64,000 nt of DNA from an uncultured Bacteroidales bacterium (lineage in GTDB: Bacteria; Bacteroidota; Bacteroidia; Bacteroidales; B18-G4). The notes below the pieces were generated by a model, which saw nothing but the letters and a program-made list of their open reading frames with translations, was not told where the DNA came from and searched no databases. The stretch spans positions 29,572 to 93,571 of the forward strand of contig CAZHFC010000001.1 of NCBI GenBank assembly GCA_964531985.1. The letters are read 5' to 3'. The translations under genes were made by a program, and so were the position numbers. Positions 39,814 to 50,319 of the stretch are shown one piece after another (position 1 is the first letter of the stretch; every line of letters begins with the position of its first letter).

Positions 39814-42800
39814 ATGAAAAGAAATACCATCCTCCTGTTATTATTATTTTTCTCTTCTCTTTTATCGCATGCCCAGAAGCATACGGCGGAGGTGTACCCG
39901 GGTCAGTATATCATTGAAGAACGATACCTTACCAGCGAAATATCTGAAATATTCCTTGATTTTGACCAGGCAAAGCTGGATGATGCCTATGGCATGCTCC
40001 CGGTGTATATCAGCCGTATCCCCCTTAAGTCTTCAGAGAACAGCATTATTGCCGGTTTCACGGATGTTTCCTGGCATGTATTGCATGATGAGCGCCTGCC
40101 TTTTGTGTCGGGCATAGAACAGGTGGGAAATGAATTCGGACTCGAAACTTCGGTCATGTTCATCGACGGTGAGCCCTATGCTGAATTGCTGATTGTCCCG
40201 TTCCGCAATGCTGGCGGCGCTTCCGTTGAAGTGATTGACAGTTGCCGGGTTTCAATTGAGATCACAGAGACCGCGGCAGCGCCGGTCAGCATAAAAAACA
40301 ATTTCGTATCGAATTCCGTGCTGGCTACAGGAGACTGGTATCGCCTGGCTACCGGCGAAACCGGAATATACCGGATCTCATACGACGACCTGCTGGAAAT
40401 GGGCATACAGCCATCTTCCATCGATCCGCGTACCATCAGGATCTTCGGGAACGGAAACGGTATCATTCCCGAAAAAAATTCCGATCCCCGGTTCGATGAC
40501 CTTCTCGAAAATCCCATCCTGGTTTTTGGAGAAGATGACGGTTCATTCGACCAGGGTGATTATATCCTTTTCTACGGACAGTCGGCCGTGTGCTGGAAAT
40601 ATGTTCCCTTTGTGGGGTACGGGATTTTCAGCCATACCATCAACCCTTATACCGACCATACCTTTTATTTCCTTAATTTCAACCAGGAGGAGGGAATGAG
40701 AATACCAGTGGCCGACCATTCGGGACTGATCCCTACTTCCTACGTGAATGAATTCAGCGATTATGCCGTTCATGAAAATGATGCGGTGAACATCCTGAAA
40801 ACCGGCAGGGAATGGTATGGCGAGCTCTTCCGCGACCAAACGGTATACGAGTATAGCTTTCACTTTCCGAATATCGTGCAGGATTATCCCGTAAGCCTCA
40901 TGAGCAACATGGCGGCACACTCCACCGTCGAGAGCAATTTTGACTTTTATTATGGTGATCAGCACCTGATGAAGGTCCCCATTACCCGGATTTTGCCAGG
41001 TACAACTATTTATGCCTGGACCGCTACTCCCGATACCGTTGGTTTTTATCCCGCCCAGGGCGATGAGGTGACCATCAGGGTGGAATATGACAAGCCTGCT
41101 TCCATATCGCAGGGATGGATGAATTATGTATCGCTCAATGCAAGACGGAAACTGATCTTTACCGGTCCCTTCATGTCGTTTCGCGACCACCTCCATGTCG
41201 GCCCTGCCGCCGTTTCCGAATATAAGGTTTCGGCTGCCGGCGAAGGTTTGTCCGTCTGGGATGTCACCGACCCTTTCTCCATTGTCCGGCTGCAGGGAAG
41301 CTTTTCGAACGATAACTTCATCTTCAGGTCGCCGGCAGATGAGATCAGGGAGTTCATCGCCTTTGACGGCAGTGGGTTCAACAAAGCGGAATTCGTCGAA
41401 AAGGTGGAAAACCAGGACCTCCATGCTTATGACCCTGCCACCTACATTATCCTGACCCATCCCGATTTCATGCAACAGGCACAGCGTATGCTGAGCCTGC
41501 GCCAGCAACTGGACGGCATGAGCGGTTTCATTGTAACCCCCGGGGAAATATATAATGAATTCAGTTCGGGGAAACAGGATCCGGCCGCCATTAGGGATTT
41601 TATAAGAATGCTTTACGAGAAGGCCGATTCTGCCAACAGACCGCGTTACCTCCTGCTGCTTGGCGATGCATCATATGACTATAAAGACAGGCTGCCGAAC
41701 AATACCAATTTAGTGCCGACTTACCAGTCGCAGGAAGCCCTTAAACTCGGCTATTCCTTTGTTACCGATGACTTTTTCGGATTGCTCGACGAAGGAGAAG
41801 GGATCAATGCCTTCGGAAAATCAGTTGAGATCGGCATCGGGCGTTTCCCTGTCCATACGGATGAGCAGGCTTCGCAGATGGTCGACAAGATCGAGGCCTA
41901 CATGACCATGAAGCCATATGTGCTGGATGAATGGCGAAACTATATCAGCTTCATTGCCGATGATGAGGATCAGAACCTGCATTTCAACCAGGCTGAGAAG
42001 TTGCAGCACATGATCGATACCGGTTACCGTTCCTACAACCGCCTGAAGATATACATGGATGCCTTTCCGCAGGAGTCGAGCCCGTCGGGAAGCCGGTATC
42101 CCGGGGTGACCGAAGCCATAAACGATCTGATGGAGAGCGGAAGCCTGGTGATCAACTATACGGGTCACGGTGGCGAAGCGGGCTGGGCCCACGAAGGCGT
42201 GCTCGACATTCCCACCATCAATTCCTGGGATAATCACGACCGCCTGCCGCTTTTTATCACGGCTACCTGTGAGTTCAGCCGTTTCGACGATCCCGGCCTC
42301 ATCTCCGCCGGCGAATATGTGTTTCTGAACCCCAATGGCGGAGGTATCGGCTTGCTTACCACCTCCAGGCTGGCCTGGGCCGATCCGAATTTCAGGCTGA
42401 ACCGGGCCGTATACCAGTTTATGTTCAAAAAGCCCGGGGGTGAACATTACCGCCTGGGCGACATTGTGAGGCTGGCCAAAACAGATCAGAACAACGGAAC
42501 CAATATCAAGAATTTCGTCCTGCTGGGCGACCCCGCCCTGAAACTGGCATACCCCGAATGCTATGTCGAGACGACCTCCATCAATGGCAAGCAAACGGGC
42601 TTTATGCCCGATACACTCACCGGCATGGCGCAGGTCAGCGTCAGCGGCATCATCAAGGATGTGTACGGCGACACCCTTCGCAACTTTAACGGCCTGCTGT
42701 TCCCTTCGGTCTTTGACAAGGAAGTGATGATGTCGACCCTTGGAAATGACCTGGGTTCCATGCCTGCACAATTCTATGTGATGGGCGAAAAACTATACAG

Positions 42801-43647
42801 GGGTAAGGTGACCGTGGTGAACGGTGAATTCAGTTTCGACCTGTTCATGCCGCAAAGCACCCTCACGAATTACGGTTTTGGAAAGATCAGCTATTATGCC
42901 TACGATACCGTGAACTACCGTGATGCCCACGGATACCGGAAAGTCACCGTGGGCGGCGCGAATCCCGATGCCCCTGCAGATGTAACAGGGCCCGACATGA
43001 ACCTGTATATGAACAATACGGACTTTGTGTCAGGAGGGCTTACCGGCAGGGATCCGGTCTTCCTGGCCTACCTCTTTGATGAGCATGGCGTTAACGCAAG
43101 GGGAAGCGCAATCGGTCGCGATATTACCCTTACCCTGAACGGAGATGCGGAAACCATGGTGGTACTGAACGATGTTTTTGAACCCGAAATCGACTCATAC
43201 CAGGCCGGATGGATCAGCTACCCCCTTACAGACCTGCCCGACGGAAAGCATTACCTTAGCCTGAAAGCCTGGGATAATATGAACAACCCTTCGGAAAAGA
43301 CCATCGAATTTGAGGTTAGCGTCGACAGGCCGGTTGCGCTCACCGGGGTGATAAATTATCCCAACCCCTTTACCGAGATTACCTATTTTGTTTTTGACCA
43401 TAATAAGCCTGAAAACAGCTTTAAGGTTGAATTGCACATTTTCAATATTCATGGTCAACTGGTAAGGGTGCTTACTGCAAATACTCCGGCGCAGGGGCTT
43501 TCGGTTGCCCCCCTGGCATGGGACGGCACCGACCAGGGTGGAAACAGGCTGGGGCATGGAATGTATGTTTACAGGCTGCACGTGACCGATGAACAGGGAA
43601 CGGTTTTCGTCCAGACATCAAAGCTGATCTATACAGGCCGTAAATAA
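39814..43647 (+). CDS. porU: T9SS sortase PorU, copy 2 (diverged tandem paralog)
   Basis: The same motif series in the same order: SVLATGDWYR, IYNEFSSG, YLLLLGDASYDYK, NYTGHGGE, ITATCEFSRFD and NYPNPF...WDGTD. Confidence 0.9.
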   Translation: MKRNTILLLLLFFSSLLSHAQKHTAEVYPGQYIIEERYLTSEISEIFLDFDQAKLDDAYGMLPVYISRIPLKSSENSIIAGFTDVSWHVLHDERLPFVSGIEQVGNEFGLETSVMFIDGEPYAELLIVPFRNAGGASVEVIDSCRVSIEITETAAAPVSIKNNFVSNSVLATGDWYRLATGETGIYRISYDDLLEMGIQPSSIDPRTIRIFGNGNGIIPEKNSDPRFDDLLENPILVFGEDDGSFDQGDYILFYGQSAVCWKYVPFVGYGIFSHTINPYTDHTFYFLNFNQEEGMRIPVADHSGLIPTSYVNEFSDYAVHENDAVNILKTGREWYGELFRDQTVYEYSFHFPNIVQDYPVSLMSNMAAHSTVESNFDFYYGDQHLMKVPITRILPGTTIYAWTATPDTVGFYPAQGDEVTIRVEYDKPASISQGWMNYVSLNARRKLIFTGPFMSFRDHLHVGPAAVSEYKVSAAGEGLSVWDVTDPFSIVRLQGSFSNDNFIFRSPADEIREFIAFDGSGFNKAEFVEKVENQDLHAYDPATYIILTHPDFMQQAQRMLSLRQQLDGMSGFIVTPGEIYNEFSSGKQDPAAIRDFIRMLYEKADSANRPRYLLLLGDASYDYKDRLPNNTNLVPTYQSQEALKLGYSFVTDDFFGLLDEGEGINAFGKSVEIGIGRFPVHTDEQASQMVDKIEAYMTMKPYVLDEWRNYISFIADDEDQNLHFNQAEKLQHMIDTGYRSYNRLKIYMDAFPQESSPSGSRYPGVTEAINDLMESGSLVINYTGHGGEAGWAHEGVLDIPTINSWDNHDRLPLFITATCEFSRFDDPGLISAGEYVFLNPNGGGIGLLTTSRLAWADPNFRLNRAVYQFMFKKPGGEHYRLGDIVRLAKTDQNNGTNIKNFVLLGDPALKLAYPECYVETTSINGKQTGFMPDTLTGMAQVSVSGIIKDVYGDTLRNFNGLLFPSVFDKEVMMSTLGNDLGSMPAQFYVMGEKLYRGKVTVVNGEFSFDLFMPQSTLTNYGFGKISYYAYDTVNYRDAHGYRKVTVGGANPDAPADVTGPDMNLYMNNTDFVSGGLTGRDPVFLAYLFDEHGVNARGSAIGRDITLTLNGDAETMVVLNDVFEPEIDSYQAGWISYPLTDLPDGKHYLSLKAWDNMNNPSEKTIEFEVSVDRPVALTGVINYPNPFTEITYFVFDHNKPENSFKVELHIFNIHGQLVRVLTANTPAQGLSVAPLAWDGTDQGGNRLGHGMYVYRLHVTDEQGTVFVQTSKLIYTGRK

Positions 43648-43884
43648 TTTAAACCCTGTACAACATATTCATTTGTTTTTTGTTATAAGAGCCAAAGAAA
43701 TGTTATCAAATTGAATATCAACCATGGCGTGCAATATAAGTTTACAAATAATCGTTACATTTGCACGTTTTTTAAAAGCATACCCTATTAATATGAAACC
43801 ATCTGCTATCAGCACAGGAATATACATCATTGATGATATGTGCAGCATGGAGGTTCCGTCATACAACTAAAATACGATTTCCAT

Positions 43885-45099
43885 ATGATCAAACGAAGCA
43901 GTCTTTTTTTGGTGTTAATTTTTGCGGGGATGATCTCTTCGAAAGCACAGGATGTTACATACGACCAGGTTGGTGAGAAAGACCAGTTAAATACCATTAC
44001 TACGGCGGTGCCCTTCCTGATGATCGCTCCCGATGCCAGGAGTGGTGCGCTGGGCGATGCCGGCGTTGCCTCCACGCCGGATGCCAACTCCATGCACTGG
44101 AACCCTGCCAAATATGCCTTTATCGACAAGCAGATGGGCTTTTCACTGTCGTTCAGCCCCTGGCTGCGTAAACTGGTTAACGATATTTATCTCGGTTATC
44201 TCACCGGTTATTATAAGATCGACGACATGCAAACGGTGGCCTTCGGCCTCAGGTATTTTTCGCTTGGTGAAATCCTTTTTACCGATGAAATTGGCAACCC
44301 GCTGAATTATTATTCACCTTACGAGTTTTCACTCGATGGTACCTATGCCAGGAAGTTTTCCGAGAAGTGGTCGGGCGGCGTGGCGGCCAGGTTCATATAT
44401 TCAAACCTTACCCAGGGCCAGTATGTGGGCGGGGCCGAATCCAGTGCCGGCGTTTCCGTTGCAGCCGACGTTTCAGTCTATTACCAGAACGAGATTGAGA
44501 TGGGAACCCTCGACGGCCTCTTCGCATGGGGCCTGAACATCTCCAATATTGGCACCAAGATCTCCTATAACGAAACCAATATCAAAAAGGACTTTATCCC
44601 CACCAATTTCAGGATCGGGCCCTCGTTAAGCCTGGATATTGATGATTATAACTCCATGACTTTCATGCTCGACTTCAACAAACTGCTGGTGCCGACACCA
44701 CCCATTTATGAGCGTGATTCATTCGGGCAGTTTGTAACTACACCTGATGGCGAAAAAGTGATCCTGAAAGGCAGGGATCCCGAAGTGTCGGTGGTGCAGG
44801 GAATGATTCAGTCGTGGTACGATGCCCCGGGCGGTTTTTCTGAAGAAATGAGGGAATGGAGTTTCGGCGGGGGTGTTGAATACTGGTATAACAAGCTCTT
44901 TGCCATCAGGGGCGGATTTTTCTACGAAGACAAGACCAAGGGCAACCGTAAGTTCTTTACCCTGGGTGCCGGTTTGAGGTATAATGTTTTTTCGATTGAT
45001 TTCTCCTATCTCATCCCGCTGGAACAGCAAAACCCGCTGGAAAACACCCTTCGGTTTACCCTTCTTTTCGATTTTGACGCATTTAAGAACCAGGATTAA
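43885..45099 (+). CDS. porV: T9SS shuttle protein PorV
   Basis: Motifs ITTAVPFLMIAPDARSGALGD, WNPAKYAF, KGNRKFFTLG and NPLENTLRFTL, in porU-porV-ispF synteny. The start is placed at ATG 43885. Confidence 0.92.
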   Translation: MIKRSSLFLVLIFAGMISSKAQDVTYDQVGEKDQLNTITTAVPFLMIAPDARSGALGDAGVASTPDANSMHWNPAKYAFIDKQMGFSLSFSPWLRKLVNDIYLGYLTGYYKIDDMQTVAFGLRYFSLGEILFTDEIGNPLNYYSPYEFSLDGTYARKFSEKWSGGVAARFIYSNLTQGQYVGGAESSAGVSVAADVSVYYQNEIEMGTLDGLFAWGLNISNIGTKISYNETNIKKDFIPTNFRIGPSLSLDIDDYNSMTFMLDFNKLLVPTPPIYERDSFGQFVTTPDGEKVILKGRDPEVSVVQGMIQSWYDAPGGFSEEMREWSFGGGVEYWYNKLFAIRGGFFYEDKTKGNRKFFTLGAGLRYNVFSIDFSYLIPLEQQNPLENTLRFTLLFDFDAFKNQD

Positions 45100-45102
45100 A
45101 CC

Positions 45103-45588
45103 ATGGATTGGCGGATCGGCCACGGATATGACCTGCACAGGCTGGTGCCCGGCAGGCCTTTGTGGCTGGGCGGGGTGCTGATCCCTTACCCCCTTGGGCT
45201 GGAAGGCCACTCCGATGCCGACGTGCTTCTCCATGCCATTTGTGATGCCCTGCTCGGGGCAATCGCCCTGGGCGATATCGGCAGGCATTTCCCGGATACG
45301 GACAAGCAATACAAAAATATTGACAGCAAGCTGCTGCTCGAAAAGGTTGCCGCCATGATTCACGAACGGGGCTGGGCCATTCAAAACCTTGATGCCACGC
45401 TGGTGCTTGAGGCTCCGAAAGTAGCTTCTTATATTGAGGAGATGCGGAAACTGCTCGCCGCCATTCTCAAGACCGAAACGGGCAGGGTTTCGGTAAAGGC
45501 TACCACCACCGAAGGGCTGGGGCCCGAAGGCCGTGGGGAGTGCATCTCGGCCCACGCCCTGGTGCTGATCGCCAGGGAGGACGGCTGA
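45103..45588 (+). CDS. ispF: 2-C-methyl-D-erythritol 2,4-cyclodiphosphate synthase
   Basis: Motifs RIGHGYDLH, GHSDADVLLHAICDALLGA, DIGRHFPD and VKATTTEGLG. Confidence 0.97.
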   Translation: MDWRIGHGYDLHRLVPGRPLWLGGVLIPYPLGLEGHSDADVLLHAICDALLGAIALGDIGRHFPDTDKQYKNIDSKLLLEKVAAMIHERGWAIQNLDATLVLEAPKVASYIEEMRKLLAAILKTETGRVSVKATTTEGLGPEGRGECISAHALVLIAREDG

Positions 45589-45633
45589 GCCGTTCTCCGC
45601 CCTTTCAAAAATGATTAACTTTATGCCCTGCCA

Positions 45634-46389
45634 ATGACCATGGACTACCGCGATTATCTATACCTGCTTGAGTTCCTGCTGCTGCTGGCAATATTCATAT
45701 ACCTTCTTCGCTTCATCTTCTTCAATTACGGTGGCAGGATACGGAAACCCGCATCATGGGTTGCCGCGGTGAAGGAAGGCAGGGTGCCGGAAGCCTTGAA
45801 GAGGCTGGAGCGAAAATACCCCGACCGCATCCGGTTTTACAACCTGTGGCTGCAGGCAGAACGGCTCAGGCGTGAAGGCATTGGCGGATGCATGGCCGAA
45901 GTGGGCGTATATAAAGGCCGGACAGCGGAAGTCATGCATCATTGCGCACCTGAAAGGCCCCTCCACCTTTTCGATACTTTTGAAGGTTTTCCTGTTTCCG
46001 ACCTGGAAGATGAAACAGGACGGGCTTCGGGATATACCACCCGGCACTTTGCCGGCACTTCTCCCGACAGGGTCAGGGCCATGCTCGGCAATCCCCCCGG
46101 GCTTACCATCCATAAAGGTTATTTCCCGGATACAGCAGCGGCGTTGGAAAATGAAAGTTTTGCAATGGTCAGCCTCGATGCCGACCTCGCCCGCCCGACC
46201 AGGGCCGCCCTGGAGTTTTTTTACCCGAGGCTTGCGCCCGGCGGTGTGATCCTTGTCCATGACTATAACAGCGACTGGCCCGGACTGGTCACAGCCGTCG
46301 ACAACTTTTGCCGGGGTATTCCGGAAAATCCGCTAGCCGTTCCCGATGCCGACAGCACGGTGATGATCGTGAAATCCAAAAAACATTAG
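45634..46389 (+). CDS. TylF/MycF-family O-methyltransferase with an N-terminal TM anchor
   Basis: Motifs AEVGVYKG, FDTFEGFP, KGYFPDT, LDADL and L.PGGVILVHDY. Confidence 0.85.
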   Translation: MTMDYRDYLYLLEFLLLLAIFIYLLRFIFFNYGGRIRKPASWVAAVKEGRVPEALKRLERKYPDRIRFYNLWLQAERLRREGIGGCMAEVGVYKGRTAEVMHHCAPERPLHLFDTFEGFPVSDLEDETGRASGYTTRHFAGTSPDRVRAMLGNPPGLTIHKGYFPDTAAALENESFAMVSLDADLARPTRAALEFFYPRLAPGGVILVHDYNSDWPGLVTAVDNFCRGIPENPLAVPDADSTVMIVKSKKH

Positions 46390-46510
46390 CTGCGTGCCAC
46401 ACCCGGAGGCAGAAACCGGATTTTTAAGTTTTGCCGCTCTTCTCTGTTAAAACCGATGGACAGCTTAACGGAATTATCTTATTTTTGTCATTATCAATTA
46501 ATGGCATATT

Positions 46511-48877
46511 TTGAAACCCCGTTTATCATTTCCGTGCGTGATCTTCCTCCTGCTGGCAATGGCTTCATGCAGCAATACGAAGCATTTACCCGATAACCGT
46601 TATCTGGTTACCCAGAGCAGGGTTCGTTTTGCCGGTAAAAATCCGGGTATTGATGCCGCCGAACTGGCAGGGCTTAACAGGCAGAAGCCCAACAAAAGGT
46701 TCCTTGGCATTATGAGGTTTAAACTCTGGGCCTATACCTGGTCGCAGAAACAAAAGGAATCAAGATTCAGCAACTGGCTTGAAAATACCGTAGGGGAGCG
46801 TCCGGTGCTCCTCGACACCTTCGATATTGAACGGAGCTGCACCGAAATGAAGAAGTACCTGGAGAATACCGGGTATTTTTACTCCACGGTCGATTATCAT
46901 GTCGATTTCCGTAAGCGAAAGAAAAGGGCGCATCTGAACTATATCGTTGATCCCGCCAGGCCCTACAGGATCAGAAAGGTAATGTATGAAATTGAAGATC
47001 CCGTGCTCATGGGCTGGATCATGAAGGACACGGCCGCAGCACTGGTTAAGCCCGGCCATGTTTATAACGTGTATACCCTCGACAGGGAACGGGAAAGGAT
47101 CACAGATTTTTTAAACAATAACGGTTATTTCGGCTTTGTACGCGATTATATCTTTTTTGAGGTCGACAGCGCTTTTAATTCCAGGGAGATGGAATTGTAC
47201 GTCAGGGTTAAAAATATCAGGAGGCCGGACCCCGACACGGCCGGAAAATTCATTGAACACAAGCATTCGCGATACAGGATTGCCCGGGTTACCGTAAATT
47301 CCGACTTTGACCCGTCAAGGCAGGGCAGGCAGGGTGCCCCTTACGACACCCTGGTTAACAGATCATACGGGGGGCCGGATGATCACCCGGCGAAAACATA
47401 TAATATCCTCTACCGCGACAAGCTGCGGATTAATCCCAGGTTGCTTGCCCAGAACATTCTGATAGAGGAAGGCGAACCTTTTAAACAAAGGGATGTTGAT
47501 GAAACATACAAACGATTTGGCTCACTCGACATCTATAAATACGCAAATATAAGCTTCAGGGAACAACCCGGCGGTGCGGACACTTCCAACGGCTTGTTCA
47601 GGAAACTCGACTGCCGGATCAACCTGCAGCGTGCACCGCTCAACCAATACAGTATTGAAGCGGAAGGTACCAACTCAGGCGGAGACCTTGGCATCGGTGG
47701 CAACATCACCTACCGGAACCGGAATATTTTCCGGAACGGGGAAACATTGCAACTCCGATTGCGGGGCGCTCTGGAAGCGCAGCGCACCAACAGGCCCGAA
47801 GGGGAAGACCAGCAACAGTTTCTGTTCTTTAACACTTTTGAATACGGGGCCGAAGCACAGCTCACATTCCCGCGCTTCCTGATACCTGTGAAGATGGATA
47901 GGTTTTCAAAGTATTTTAAACCGGTAACAACCATCAGTACGGGTTATAACTACAGGAGGCGCCCTACGTACGACCGCTATGTGATCAATTTCATTTTTGG
48001 ATATAAATGGCAGGAATCAGAATATAAAACGCATATCATTCAGCCCCTGAACATCAGTTCTGTTAAGGTATTTCCCACCAGGGCTTTCACCGAGGAGCTC
48101 GAAAAGATCAACGATACCAGGCTGAAGAACCAGTATACCGATCACCTGATCATGGCCCTGCAATACAGTTTTGTTTTCAATAATCAGGACATTAAAAAGG
48201 TCCGTGATTTTTTCTATTTCAAGGGCGATATTGAGACTTCCGGCAATCTGCTGAGTCTTTTCAGTCAGGCAGCCGGAAGTGTCAGGGATACGGCAGGGTT
48301 TTACAGGATTGCAGGTATCAGGTTTGCTCAGTATGGAAGGGTGGAACTCGATTTTCGCTATTACTGGGTACACACAAAGAACAGCCAGGTTGTGTTCAGG
48401 GTCTCTGCGGGGCTGGGGCTGCCCTACGGAAACTCTGAGTCGCTTCCTTTTGAAAAGGGCTTTTACCTGGGCGGAGCCAACGGCATGCGCGGGTGGATAT
48501 ACCGCGATCTGGGTCCCGGCGGGTTTTCCGGTGATGGAAGGAATTTTGACAAGATGGGCGATATGATGATCGAAACCAACATTGAATACCGGTTTCCCGT
48601 GTATGGGTTTTTCAAGGGAGCACTGTTTACGGATGCCGGCAACGGATGGCTGTTACGCGAAAACGATAATTTTCCCAATGCCGGTTTCAACCCCGACACC
48701 TTTTACCGGCAGATTGCCTGGGATGCCGGCATCGGCCTGCGTTTCGACTTCAATTTTTTTATTTTCAGGCTCGATTTTGCCACGCGCCTGCGCGACCCTT
48801 CAAAGCCTGAAGGAAAACGCTGGGTGGCTGATCAGGGTATCTGGTTCTGGAATCTCGGGATCGGATATCCTTTCTGA
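46511..48877 (+). CDS. Omp85/BamA-TamA family lipoprotein (TamL-like)
   Basis: Lipobox MASC, a POTRA-like region, FYLGGANGMRGW..R.LGPG, and a C-terminal NLGIGYPF. Confidence 0.85.
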   Translation: MKPRLSFPCVIFLLLAMASCSNTKHLPDNRYLVTQSRVRFAGKNPGIDAAELAGLNRQKPNKRFLGIMRFKLWAYTWSQKQKESRFSNWLENTVGERPVLLDTFDIERSCTEMKKYLENTGYFYSTVDYHVDFRKRKKRAHLNYIVDPARPYRIRKVMYEIEDPVLMGWIMKDTAAALVKPGHVYNVYTLDRERERITDFLNNNGYFGFVRDYIFFEVDSAFNSREMELYVRVKNIRRPDPDTAGKFIEHKHSRYRIARVTVNSDFDPSRQGRQGAPYDTLVNRSYGGPDDHPAKTYNILYRDKLRINPRLLAQNILIEEGEPFKQRDVDETYKRFGSLDIYKYANISFREQPGGADTSNGLFRKLDCRINLQRAPLNQYSIEAEGTNSGGDLGIGGNITYRNRNIFRNGETLQLRLRGALEAQRTNRPEGEDQQQFLFFNTFEYGAEAQLTFPRFLIPVKMDRFSKYFKPVTTISTGYNYRRRPTYDRYVINFIFGYKWQESEYKTHIIQPLNISSVKVFPTRAFTEELEKINDTRLKNQYTDHLIMALQYSFVFNNQDIKKVRDFFYFKGDIETSGNLLSLFSQAAGSVRDTAGFYRIAGIRFAQYGRVELDFRYYWVHTKNSQVVFRVSAGLGLPYGNSESLPFEKGFYLGGANGMRGWIYRDLGPGGFSGDGRNFDKMGDMMIETNIEYRFPVYGFFKGALFTDAGNGWLLRENDNFPNAGFNPDTFYRQIAWDAGIGLRFDFNFFIFRLDFATRLRDPSKPEGKRWVADQGIWFWNLGIGYPF

Positions 48878-50319
48878 TGATTTTGCCAATGAATGATTCC
48901 GGCTTTTTTGCAAAGCAATGGCATGATGCCTTCCCCTATCCGCCCACGGCCGGTCAGGAGGAAGCCATTGCCATGATATCTGCTTTTGTCACCAGGCCGG
49001 TCAACGATCAGGCCTTTCTCCTGAAAGGCTATGCCGGTACGGGAAAAACGTCGCTTGTCAGCTCCCTGGTCGAAGTGCTCAAAAACATCAGGATGCGCTC
49101 GGTGCTACTGGCACCTACCGGACGGGCCGCAAAGGTCATAAGCGGGTATTCGGGGCGAAGGGCATACACCATCCACAGGAAATTATACCAGCAATCGGTC
49201 ACTTCCGACGGAAGGGTCCGCATCACCCTTACTGACAATAAGCACAAAAATACCATTTTCATCGTGGATGAGGCTTCCATGATCCCCGACAACCCGCAAT
49301 CGGACGGGAGCCTTTTCGGCAGCAGGAAGCTGCTGAACGACCTTGTTACATATGTTTCGCAGGGTGAAGGCTGTAAACTGCTGCTGATCGGCGATACGGC
49401 ACAACTGCCACCGGTCGGGATCGAGCTGAGCCCCGCCCTGCACATCCAATACCTGAAAAGCAATTTCCGGCTCGGGGTGGTCATGTTCGAATTGCACGAA
49501 GTGATGCGGCAGGCAAGGGATTCAGGAATATTGTCAAATGCCACGGCTTTGCGCGAAAAGATCAGGATGGATGACCCTGACCTGCCCGTACTCGACAATG
49601 AAGGCTTTGCTGATGTGGTCAGGCTGGAAGGTGCCGACTTGCAGGATTACCTGCAGGATGCCTATGCATCGGGAGAACTCAACGATACAGTGGTCATCTG
49701 CCGGTCGAATAAAAGGGCGAACCTGTTCAACAGGGAGATCCGCAACCGCATTATATACCATGAGGATGAAGTGTGTGCGGGCGATTACCTCATGGTGGTG
49801 CGAAATAATTATTTCTGGCTTCCAGAAGGCTCAGAAGCGGGCTTCATCGCCAACGGCGATATGATCGAACTGCTTCGCATCAGGAATACCCGCGTGCTGT
49901 ACGGGCAACGATTTGCCGATGTTACCTTTCGCCTGGTCGACTATCCAGGCGAGAAAGAGATCGATGCCTGCATCCTGCTCGATACCCTGATGGCCGAAAC
50001 CCCCGCATTGCCGCCTGCCATGCAAAACAGCTTTTACGAAAACGTGATGAATGACTATGCCGACATTCCGTCGCATGCCATGCGCCTGGCAAAAATGCGT
50101 CAGAACAAATGGTTCAACGCACTTCAGGTTAAATTCGCCTATGCGCTTACCTGTCATAAAACCCAGGGCGGGCAATGGAAATATGTATTCGTGGACAAGG
50201 GGTATCTGCGGGAGGATATGATCGACCGGGAATACCTGCGATGGCTGTATACGGCCATCACCCGTGCAACTGAAAAGGTTTTTTTGATCAATTTCACGGA
50301 AGAATGGTGGCATGGATAA
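48877..50319 (+). CDS. RecD-like SF1B ATP-dependent helicase
   Basis: Motifs GYAGTGKT, LAPTGRAAK, IVDEASM, GDTAQLPPV, AYALTCHKTQG and YTAITRA. Confidence 0.88.
   Translation: MILPMNDSGFFAKQWHDAFPYPPTAGQEEAIAMISAFVTRPVNDQAFLLKGYAGTGKTSLVSSLVEVLKNIRMRSVLLAPTGRAAKVISGYSGRRAYTIHRKLYQQSVTSDGRVRITLTDNKHKNTIFIVDEASMIPDNPQSDGSLFGSRKLLNDLVTYVSQGEGCKLLLIGDTAQLPPVGIELSPALHIQYLKSNFRLGVVMFELHEVMRQARDSGILSNATALREKIRMDDPDLPVLDNEGFADVVRLEGADLQDYLQDAYASGELNDTVVICRSNKRANLFNREIRNRIIYHEDEVCAGDYLMVVRNNYFWLPEGSEAGFIANGDMIELLRIRNTRVLYGQRFADVTFRLVDYPGEKEIDACILLDTLMAETPALPPAMQNSFYENVMNDYADIPSHAMRLAKMRQNKWFNALQVKFAYALTCHKTQGGQWKYVFVDKGYLREDMIDREYLRWLYTAITRATEKVFLINFTEEWWHG

Noticed and set aside
48877-50319. Helicase as part of an anti-phage defence system
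   Set aside because: It is a stand-alone RecD-like family common in Bacteroidota, coupled to a tamL-like gene, with no nuclease or other defence partner nearby.
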